From Octopus vulgaris (lineage: Eukaryota), in NCBI GenBank assembly GCA_951406725.2, contig OX597827.1, positions 37,758,001 to 37,822,000 of the forward strand: a stretch of 64,000 nt of DNA, written 5' to 3'. Position 1 is the first letter of the stretch; every line of letters begins with the position of its first letter. The position numbers were made by a program, and so were the translations under genes. Of this stretch, positions 53,660 to 64,000 are shown one piece after another. The notes under the pieces were generated by a model. It saw nothing but the letters and a program-made list of their open reading frames with translations, was not told the origin of the DNA and did no database searches.

Positions 53660-54382
53660 ATATACACACACACACAACACCGCTTCACAACCAGTGTTGG
53701 TTTCTTTACGTCCTTGTAACGTAGCGGTTCGATAAAAAGACCGATAGAATAAGTACCAAACTTTAAAAAGTACTGGAATCGATTTGTTCGACAAAGCTCT
53801 TTAAAGCAGTACCCCAGCATGGTCACAGTCCAATGACTAGAACAAATAAAATATAAAAACGATAGTATATGTTTTAGAATAGAAATCTGCAAAACAAAGC
53901 GGGTTTGAGAAACTTTTAAAGAAAGTTCATCTAGAAATAGAGAATTTGAAATTTTTTAATGCAGAAACGTTCTTTTATTTCAAAATATTTTTTTTTTAAT
54001 TTAAAAGAACATTACTTTATGTTTTATCGTTTACTAGTTTCAGTCATTTGACTGCAGCCATGCTGGAGCACTGCCTTGATGGGGCTTTTTAGTCAAACAA
54101 ATCGACCCAGGGCTTATTTTTTTAAGCCTAATATTTATTCCCGCTGGCTCTTTGGCCAAACTGCTAAGCTACACGGACATAAACACAACAACACTGATTG
54201 TCAAGCGGTGGTGAAGGTACAAACACACACACACACATATATATATATACACACACACACAGATACAAACATGTGTGTGTATGTGTGTACGACAGCTTTC
54301 AGATTCCGTCTACCAAATCCACTCAAAGTTCCGGCACCGTGTGGCTGGGAAGCAAGCTTCTTATCACATAGCCACTCCTGCC
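53660..54382. mobile_element. Tail-to-tail pair of CORE-type SINE copies (53660-53855 plus; 54020-54382 minus)
   Basis: Both match the 10687-11101 family in opposite orientation. Confidence 0.82.
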
Positions 54383-55393
54383 TTTCGTAAAATATACATC
54401 TTTATCTAATGTTTCATGTTGCGGTGTTTAGAATTATTTATTTATTTACACATTCATTTTGTAAATGTCTTTCTCGTGCCTACAATTAATGGATCACTAG
54501 TCATTATACTTATACCTCTACAGTTAATACACAGTTAATAAATTATACTGTATTTCTAAGGTGGTAGTCATTATGCTATATCGTTACACTTAATGAAGTG
54601 TTAATTATAATTACAGCATCTCGAATTATAATTACATTGCATCTCTAATTATTATTTACTGCACACGCTTTATTTACCTAATAAATACTTTTAAAAAAAC
54701 TTCCAAACAGTGGAAATTTCACAATAGCGGCATTTCAAATCTCCGGGGTTGCTGTAATAGATCTCTATTGTTATTGCTGACAACGTCGTTTATGCTTTTT
54801 AATATTTTTTGTCATTATTGTTGTTGGGACTCCTGTTGGTATTTTATTGGTATTGTTGTTGTCGTTATTGCAGTTATAATCACATGTAATATATGCATGA
54901 ATGGTAACAGGTTAAATAAATGATTAACACAGCAATTAATTAAGACATAATGTTTTCAAACAAATCTTCTTTGTCAGATTTATAGGGGAGTAGGGTAGAG
55001 TCCATTACATCAGAAGTCTATGCATGGTCATTGTCTACTAGAAATAGCAACCAAATATTCTTCAATCCACATTCTACTCTCTTGAAAACGGGCACGGTAG
55101 ATCATTTAGCCTGTGGGTCACAATGTTCGAAAACTGGTGGAATGACCATTCCTCAGATGCTTTTCACCTGCTGGATCAAGGACAACATGAAGCTAAATAG
55201 CAAGAAATACTTACTAATTTACCGATCCCAGAGAAGTTGGTTAAAGACAAATCCAAACTTAGTATGATTCAAACACAGCGATGAACAGTGGTAAAATAGA
55301 CTCCAATAAAAGAGATTAAGATTTCCGCCATCTTGTTTAAAAAATCAGATACATAAAACATAGAAAATTTAAGACTTGTAGAGAATAACAACA

Positions 55394-55483
<90 letters not shown>

Positions 55484-55650
55484 TCTCTCTCTCTCTCCCC
55501 ACCTGTCTATTTATCACTCTATACATACATACATACATACATACATACATACATACATACATACATACATACATACATACAAACATGCAATGTAACTACA
55601 CACGTGCTGTTGGTGATTTCTTTTCTTTCTTTCGACTTTTCTCCTTCTCC

Positions 55651-55683
55651 TTTCCGACGACGAGCTATGCTCAAAACGTCAAA
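55651..55683 (+). ncRNA. Degenerate minimal hammerhead (CCGACGA variant), same family as 25664-25698
   Basis: ttt CCGACGA c gagc-tat-gctc AAAA cg TC aaa; G12 mutated; flanks similar to 25593-25790. Confidence 0.55.
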
Positions 55684-55762
55684 CTCTTTACACTGAGCGT
55701 CAGGCTAATACATTTTTTTGTGCACGTTCTTTTGTTGTCCGTTAATTTTATTCGTTTATTTG

Positions 55763-55841
<79 letters not shown>

Positions 55842-57009
55842 ATTTAAAGGTCACAATACATGTATAAAAGCGCTACCAATAGTTTCATATGTTGAGAAAA
55901 CTCAGGTGCAAACCACATATCATAATGAACTACAGAAATTGAATAATAGAAGAAACGCAAAAAAATTGAGGAGGCAGCATATAGAAAACGCAGACAGTAG
56001 ACAACGGAAAACGGAAAACGAAAAACAGAAACGAAAATGTACAAAATAAAAAGTAAAAAGGTATCTATAGCCCTTGAAAGATAGGGCTGGAATGATATCA
56101 AGTCAGTCGGGAAAAGGCAGAATTTTCCAATTCTTCAAACGATATTTATACATATGCATGCAACCACTGAAAATTTCTGACCTGGAGTCCAATAGACAGC
56201 TAGGAATTTAAGATCTAAACAGGATCTGCGCTCTTTCAACCATATATTCCATCCATTTACATAAGATATGGATTTCTCAGTTACTCTCCATTTAATCACG
56301 TAGTGTTTCGTTATCTTTCAAAGTCCATACGTAGCTAGCCAACTTAGTAATTTTTACTTTTGTCCCTATGTCGGAAGAAGTCTATGTGATTGGCATAGCG
56401 ATTTTTAAATTCACCTTCACATAAATCAATTATAGGTCTTCTTATCAGTTGTATTATTATTTAGAGTTGCACTATGAGTTTTATGCATATTGTGATAAGG
56501 TATATTTGGTGCACTGAAGTTTTCTCTGTTCGAGCCTAATACTTCAGAAGTATCGTATCCGGTTCTAGATAGTTCCCTTGTACTATCTTCTATTAAAACG
56601 TTATTACTACTATCAAGGTCGTTATCATTTACCATCAATATTACTATTATTATCAATGCCATTATCACTTTGATAAATATCATTACTACTAAGAATAATA
56701 TTACTGTTATTTCAACCATTATTTCTATTATGGTTATTCCAAGAGTTGATCAAATTCATATCAACTAACTCCCTTAAATTCCGTACATTATGTGCTGCTA
56801 TAATTTCAGCCAAGTTCTTTGTTGTTGAAAAGGCAAATATATTTGTATGCCGATGAAGCAGCTTATCATATTTGCTTACCCAGAGCAGCAAAAGTTCCCC
56901 AGGTATTTTGTAGTTATTTGAGCAGTACAAGAGGCATTTTACCATATAATATTCCTCGGGCGCATCGTAGATTTTCTAATAATTTATCCATGCTATTGTT
57001 AAATTTTTC

Positions 57010-58185
57010 TTTCAAGATTTCACTTATTTTAGAACTGTTTTGTCCATGTATAATAGATCATGCGTTCCTCTAGCCTTCTTCTGGCAACCTTTCTGTTCTT
57101 CTGGCAGCAAATTCTGGTTGCCAAGGTACTCGTAAATGCTTTCTAAGAGTATTCCTGTTAACAGCTTCCACACTAATTGTGAGCAAGGGATTGGTCTATA
57201 ATTACTAGCTATATTACCCCTGCTTTTGTCTTTCATAAGGAATACTGTTCTCCCTCTAGTCATCCAATCTGGTATTACTCCTCCATTCAGGCAATTCTGA
57301 AGTTGCTCCCTCGGTTTCTAATGTAAACTACTAAATTTCTTTAACAAGTAACCTTGAACTACATCTGATCCAGGGCCCTTCCAATTCAGCATTCTTCTTA
57401 ACTTTTTACTTATTAATGTACTAGTTAGTTTTAGATCTGGTTGCTACTCACTAACTACTTCTTCCCTCGCTTTCTTTGACTATGCTGCATCTCTATTATG
57501 ATTGATTGGCTTATCTCAAATATTGTTCCAAATCTTTCTGGCTTCTTTTGCTCTAGGTTTTTTCATCTTCAGCACTTACTTCTCCTATATTTATTTGGCT
57601 ATAACATCTCCTCTGGGTTTGTCTCAAACAATCTATTCTACTGATATTGATCTATTCTTTTCTGATATCTGGACAGCTTACCTGCTATTGCTATGATACG
57701 CTGTTTCAAATCTTCCATGATTATCCCAAATCTTTTCTCTTTTGACTAAGTATTTTTTTCTCAAGAGAAAATTTTAATCTTGTGTTTCCTAACTTGTTCA
57801 GTTTCCAGGCTTCTATTCTACTCAGATCTTTTCTTAAAATCTTCTCTTTATTTTCTTATCTTTTTTTGAGGAATACCTAATCTTTTAGTTACTACTACTC
57901 CTCCTGCATAAAACAATGAGTTAGTATCACCTATATTTTTAGTATATATCCTACAGATAACAGAATCTACTTTCCTAGTCATATGTAGCAACTTCCTTCT
58001 ATTGGCACATTTGAATACTGGTAATATTTTTCTTTCTTCTTTACTCATTGCTTCTTGTAATCATCTAAAATCTTCTGATCCTCCTCACTTAAATCGCTTA
58101 CACCTTTGGTGCCAGTTATCCCTTCCTGGTCAGTAGTGTTGTTATTTTTCCTTTAGGTTCTTTTTTGGTTTGAACTGTATCTCTT
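57010..58185 (-). mobile_element. R4/Dong-like LINE internal fragment
   Basis: MTRGRTVFLMKDKSRGNIASNYRPIPC...WKLLTGI...LPEEQKGCQKKARGTHDLLYMDK; TNSLFYAGGVVVTKRLG. Confidence 0.9.
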
Positions 58186-58188
58186 ATG

Positions 58189-58254
<66 letters not shown>

Positions 58255-58255
<1 letters not shown>

Positions 58256-58775
58256 GGACGGATCTGGCTTTCAGCTGAATCCATAGTGAAGATTGCCCCG
58301 CCGACCTCCTTTAACCGAGAGAGGCAGGCAATTTTTATATGTCTGGTGACTGTAGCAAGAGAGGCAATGTGGTGGACACGTTTGAAAGGGCTAGATAGAC
58401 ACTTTCCTCTTTGGCCAAGCCCTCATAAACTTTTTCAAGTTTCACTTGAAAAGGAAGTGAGGGTGGAGAGAGAAGTGTTGCCATCTAGCAAATTTGTTGA
58501 AAGGTGTGTGGATGTCGAGAAAATGGCCAGTGTGAAAGGACCCATTTTGAGCATGCGCCGGTGAAAAATAAAAGGGGGGCTCTTGCCCTGTTGGTCAGGT
58601 ACCCGTGGCTTTTGTGGGTTTTTCCACGAGTAGCCTTAAAGCGCTTCCCCCCTATTGGGAGTTTTATTTGTTTAACTTTGTTATTCTATTTACAGATCTT
58701 AAAACCCTTTGTATCCGCCTGTTTTGTCATTTCATGTTGTTTTTATGTAAGCCCTTGTGGCCAATAAGAAAATGA

Positions 58776-58776
<1 letters not shown>
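58255..58776 (+). mobile_element. Probable L1/Tx1-type LINE 3' end inserted in (TTA)n
   Basis: C-terminal peptide FICLVTVAREAMWWTRLKG (resembles AK..IW..R motif), T-rich 3' UTR, bounded by (TTA)n on both sides. Confidence 0.6.
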
Positions 58777-58811
<35 letters not shown>

Positions 58812-59075
58812 TATTCTTTTATCTCAGGTTTTGCTGCGAGCTTGCTGCCTGCAGCCAACGGTGCCATACTATCTGTTCTTTTAAGCTATCTAATGCTTTC
58901 TTGCTTATTCTGGCCTTGCCAAGGAGACAAACCTTTTGTAACAGTTCTACTGAGTACTCTATTCCAATTTCTCTTACATTCCTCTTAATGCCTTCTGATA
59001 CTGTCCTCAAGGAACTAACAATAATGGGTACTATCTTCACTTTCTTCATTTTCCATCCGAAATCGGCCCTGATAA
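58777..59075 (-). mobile_element. R4/Dong-like LINE 3' end with (TAA)n tail
   Basis: WKMKKVKIVPIIVSSLRTV...LLQKVCLLGKARISKKAL. Confidence 0.88.
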
Positions 59076-59659
59076 CGTTTTTCTCTAAGGTGTACACGCC
59101 TATGTACGCCCTTCAAGTCACTTATTCCATTAATAACAATTTTCATACTATTATAGATTTTATTTCTGTTACCTTCATTATTTTTAATAGAACCTATTCT
59201 TTTGTTGCTCTAATCAACAAATCTGCATTCTTCGAAGACGCCTATTTCTATAATCATTAGTCGTCAGTAACTTTGGTGACCTAAATAATATATTTTTGGA
59301 ACTGCTTAGAATATATTCACCTTATCTTTCTTTATCAAGGTCGGTAAAAGCTTAACTACAATAGGAAGTTCTGCCATATAATATTTCAATACCAACTCAA
59401 TCAGCTTCATTTGGATCTTTTCAATTTGACAGTCAGATTTTTTCATTAATTTTTTTTTAACTAAACACTCTGAAACTTCAGATACTGATAGAATGTGTCA
59501 CATAGAACAGGGTTTACTCTTAACGTTTTTGACAAAATTTTGTATTTTAGAAGTTATTTCGTGTTAAAATTGTCGTATTTGGGTAATTTTAACTAATCAA
59601 TGACGTGTATTCAGCTGAAGAAAATTACTGCTGTTGTTTGCCAACACTTCCGGGTCCAT

Positions 59660-59714
<55 letters not shown>

Positions 59715-60525
59715 TAATAATAGGCAGAAGTTAGAGTGGCAATGGCCAATTTCGTGTTTGATAAGTGCCAATGATATATATACATAGATATATATGTAAA
59801 AAAAAATCTCATCACACAATCGAACCAATGAAAGAGCCTCTACCTGGTCGCTCGAAACGCTAAAAATAGCAGCCAAAGTATTCGCCTACCTAAATCACAC
59901 GCCCATTGTACGTAATGTCCTAGATTATCCCTAAAAAGACAATTTGCTGAAGGCTGCAATGTCTTTGATGATAGGTTTGCTGCATCAAGACTGATTTGAG
60001 GCTAAATAACAACAAAATTATGGTTAATTTCTATATTAACACCCGCGCGATTTTCACTAAGAAAAAAAACTTGGAATTTTTTGCGTGGAATCAAGTACCC
60101 TGACCTTCTAATATGCTGCAAATCCCTTATTTTGGTTCGGCAAAAAAAGTGGGGGACCGCTTGGAATTTTTTGCATTTTTTTTTCGTTGAATGAATTCCT
60201 GTGACCGCCTAATATGCTACAAAACCCTTTTGGGGGTCCGAAAAATAGGGTGGGGTGAGGTGGAAGCCTCGGAAATTTCAAATATGTCTTCATGATGTTA
60301 GCGCAAAAGAACAAGTGAGTCAGCATGATCTATGCGCATAACTGCAACTGAGTGTGCGTGAGATGTAGAGAAAAAGCAAGTGTGTACGCAAAAGGGTAGC
60401 ATTTTTGAACAGCTTATCACTCAGTCTGCTGATAACTCGATGATAACCTGAACTGATGTTACTGAAAATGCTTAACATTACGGTGTGCATCTACACATTT
60501 TAAGTTTGTTCTTCTGAGTACTTAC

Positions 60526-60619
60526 AAACACAGAGGAATAGACTTTTCTCGGTCTTTTTCACATCAGCATTAAACATTTTCTGCAATATCTTGAAGTAGC
60601 ATTCTTCTTTCATTGTATC
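60526..60619 (-). other. Candidate 94-nt exon of an unidentified transcript
   Basis: Minus strand tttctctttcag acceptor and gtaagt donor; one open frame DTMKEECYFKILQKMFNADVKKTEKSLFLCV. Confidence 0.35.
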
Positions 60620-61139
60620 CTGAAAGAGAAATGGACAGTTCAGCACCTACCAAATACATTAGTCTCACACGAGCCATCAAAGAACCGCTACGTGATCGCT
60701 TGATCTGCTCAAAATAGCGATCAAATTTCCCTCAAATCACATTTTAGCCTCTTAAGAAAAGAAGTACTGTAATCTTACGCACGCTATGCTGGTATAAAAA
60801 AAAAGGATGGTCATTGCTAAAATAACTTTGATCATATGTCTGCTCATCAGGACTGGATAACAACAACAGTTACAACAATAATAATAAAAACAGCAACTAT
60901 TACCTTGCTACGCACTTATTGGTAAACGCAAAATGGTTGTCCTAATAAAGTGTAGAATTTCTTGGGGGGGGGGGTTGCTTGTTACTCCAAAGATAAAATT
61001 ATCCCTCATTAGCCCCATGCTTCCCATTCACTTATGGTTTTCAAGAAACCAATTTGTAAAGTCTTTATAAATAAATTTATGAAGACTTCGGGGTCGATAA
61101 ATTAAGTACCAGTTACTTACCCACATAAGTATATGAACA

Positions 61140-61510
61140 TTATGTGGGTAAGTTCATATACTGAGAGTAAAAGTGAAGTCTGACATTTCAAAGAATGACA
61201 TTTTGGTCCGAGAAATAGAAAAGATTTTGATCAGATAATTTGTAAGGATTTATTTATGTAAAACACAGTGATTCAACAGATAATTTGTTGGTATTGTATA
61301 AAATAGAGTGAACACTTGATCGATGTTGGGGCAGAAATGTTTATACTTGATGGGAATCTCAATTCGGAAGCTATCGTCAGTAGATCATTAGTCACATGTG
61401 ACTGATGCGCCTTCTGTAATGATGGACACCCAGGTTTTGTCATGATAGCCACGCTTCCTGTTGTTTCAAATTTCCTCGGCAGTTGTGTAATGGTTTTCAA
61501 ATCGAATGGA
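61140..61510 (-). mobile_element. Tc1/mariner-like transposase N-terminal remnant
   Basis: TITQLPRKFETTGSV..KPGCP HTH motif and degraded SD..FTLS region. Confidence 0.6.
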
Positions 61511-63022
61511 TATTGTATAACTTCTCATTACCAAAGTAACAAAAGGTTCATTATAGGCGTATTAGGACATCATTAAAAATATATAGTCTTCTAAAGAGAT
61601 AGTTGGCATGCCTAAAATAATAAGTTGAATTATGTCATGCAAACACGTAATATTTTTCTATGGTCATTAACAACCAATAAAGCAACACGTGTTAGTTTTC
61701 CGTTGGCTAGTTTCTATGTAACATTATGTTAGTATTTACTTAAATGTGTGTGTGTGTGTGTGCGTGGGGGTGTAGGTGTGTGTAGGTGTGTGATAGAGGC
61801 AGAAAAACACATTTTATTCTCCTTCTCTTTCTCACACACACATACACACATTTAGAAAGACAGAGAAGGAGAAACTCCCTTATAAACACGCTATCTGTTT
61901 TAATCTGTCCTTCATTTTCTCTTTGCCACACGCTCCCTCCATCTATCAATGCATTTTCATTCTTACTGCATTCTGCAGTTAATCTCTCTGTCTATTTACT
62001 TATCTTTGTATGTCTTTCTATCTATCAGTCTTTCTGTCTGTCTTTGTGTTTATGTCTCTATCCGTCAGTTTATATAGATACCTGTCTGTTGGTCTTTAAA
62101 TTTGTGTAATAAAATATGCAAAAGATGAATAATTAATCGTAAGATCAATGTATTTTGCAATGTAAAAGGAAAAAAATATGCATGTTGTGAGCATTGGAAA
62201 TCATCAAGATAGAGAAAAGTGGTAATAATAGTCATTTAGGTCTGTCTCTTACGGTATGATAGCACTAAACAAAAGAGATGGGTAGATGGGTAAATGGGTA
62301 AGTGAATAGATGGTTTCTGGATAGGGGAAGATGAAGATGACTAGTGAAGAGAAAGGTCGAACATGCACAAGAAAGAAAAAGAAAGAAGGGTGAGAAACAA
62401 GAGAGTCAGCGTTTATGTAGGTCATTATGTGTTTAGTGGAGGACAACAGCATGCATTATGTATGTGTATAAAAAGGTTCTTTAGTTAGCATGCTTGTATA
62501 GCTGTGCATGTGACGTGGGACGAAGTTAGAAGTAAAGACAACTGATTGTTAATACCAGGGAAAGCTAAGATGCCGAGAGGAAATATCAGTTGTTGTTTAC
62601 GAAGGAGCCTAATGAAATGAAAACCAAAAACAAAATTTTGTATTTTTCATTTTTTTATCTTCATTTTTATCTTTATTTTATAGATACTCTTACACCTAGA
62701 TCAATCTATCTGTTATGATGCCTTAGTATATCTAACTGTCTTTTTCACAAATTGTAAACTCCTGCTGACCTCTTGACTTTTCTGCCATTATCGGCATGAG
62801 CATTAAATTGCTAGATCCCTTTTCTCAACTGGATGCATTACTCAGCCCGTTTTCCGAACTATAGACTTACCTAGGATTATACGTAAAGAGGTAAACCTTC
62901 ACGGAAATATGGATAAACCTCCATACCTCCGGATCGGGATGAATTATGAGCCTTGAATTTCATACATTTCTCTACATCAAATTTTCTTTCTACATCTCCA
63001 CATAAAAAGCTTCCTGCATATA

Positions 63023-63890
63023 CAGGGTGCGTAAAATTTTTGAAGACAGATTTATGTTTATAAAAAATAAACAGATATATAATAACAAATAATAACTTTA
63101 TTTATCAAAAATGCTATTAGGATAAAAATAAACTTTCTTTTCTATAATGTTATTCAATAAAACCACCTTCAGCTTCAACAACTGCTTCTATATGAGATCT
63201 AAATCATCTACATGCTCGAATAAAGTGGTCCTGGTTCATTTTGGACATTACTCTGTCTATAGCAACTTTCAAAGTATGTTTGGTGTTATGGGCATGTTCA
63301 TTGACCTCTCTCTCAACAACGCTCCACATGTAATAGTCCAATAGATTGAGATCTGGGGAATTAGGAGGCCAAGTGTTAAGGGTTATGTGATCATAAAAAT
63401 TTTCAGTCATCCATTCCTGTGTTACTAGAGCCATATGTGATAGAGCATAGTCTTACTAAAACACATATGGCCTTCCATTATATACACTGTCTATCCAGGG
63501 CTTAACAATTATTTCCAGGACCTCAATGTAGGCAATAGAGTTAACTCTAAGGCCTTGTGGAAAGAATGTCCTTCGTTGTTGATAACCCCTAAAATCATGA
63601 CAGTTGCAGGAAATTTGTATGCATAACACTTGGAACTTCAGAAGGGCCTGCACATAACCATCTGTCATTTCTTCAGTTAATTTTTTGATTTTGGTCGAAG
63701 TTTTTCTCGTCTGAGAAAAAACAAATCAAATCTTCTTGGTTTTTCTGTTTGTTTAAGAGCCTTTTAGATCCGATGTAATGATTTTCTCTGGCTTTTTCTG
63801 GCAAATTGATCTTTCCTTATCATATAAGACTTATATCTGAGGTCTTCGTGGACAACATTTCTGGCTGTTCCTTCTGACACATGTCTTTTG
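63023..63890 (-). mobile_element. Tc1/mariner-superfamily transposon remnant
   Basis: Terminus TA-cagggtg at 63021-63029; WPPNSPDLNLLDYYMWSVVEREVN; FFPQGLRVNSIAYIEVLEIIVKPWIDSVYNGRPYVF. Confidence 0.88.
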
Positions 63891-64000
63891 AGATTATTCA
63901 TGAAAAGTGTGCTCTTGAGGAGAGCAACGTTGATAGTTGTGCCAACACAGATAAAAAAATTTCGGCGGTTGCCGCAGTGGCAACCAAGAATATTGATATT

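Overview
AT-rich, microsatellite-dense animal (eukaryotic) genomic DNA; the repeat complement (tRNA-derived CORE- and Nin-domain SINEs, (TAA)n-associated R4/Dong LINEs, Penelope-like elements, abundant (TA)n/(CA)n/(ATAG)n/(CATA)n) is most consistent with a coleoid cephalopod such as Octopus (inference). No intact host protein-coding gene is recognisable; the window looks like intergenic or large-intron sequence and most listed ORFs are microsatellite artefacts. Supported content: several degenerate RLE-clade (R4/Dong-like) LINEs including a near full-length copy at about 48.95-52.35 kb, L1/Tx1 and RTE fragments, Penelope RT and GIY-YIG fragments, Helitrons, Tc1/mariner and hAT remnants, MITEs, many SINEs, and a few candidate spliced exons. 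The most interesting signals are (i) about seven minimal hammerhead-ribozyme motifs of the Penelope type, some with very long stem II and palindromic stem III, (ii) a probable tRNA-head/(AAT)n/hammerhead composite retroelement split by nested LINE insertions, (iii) a series of long fold-back elements abutting (TA)n tracts, and (iv) a shared 3' tail linking the Nin SINE to an L1/Tx1-like LINE. All calls were made by eye; boundaries of degenerate elements are approximate.
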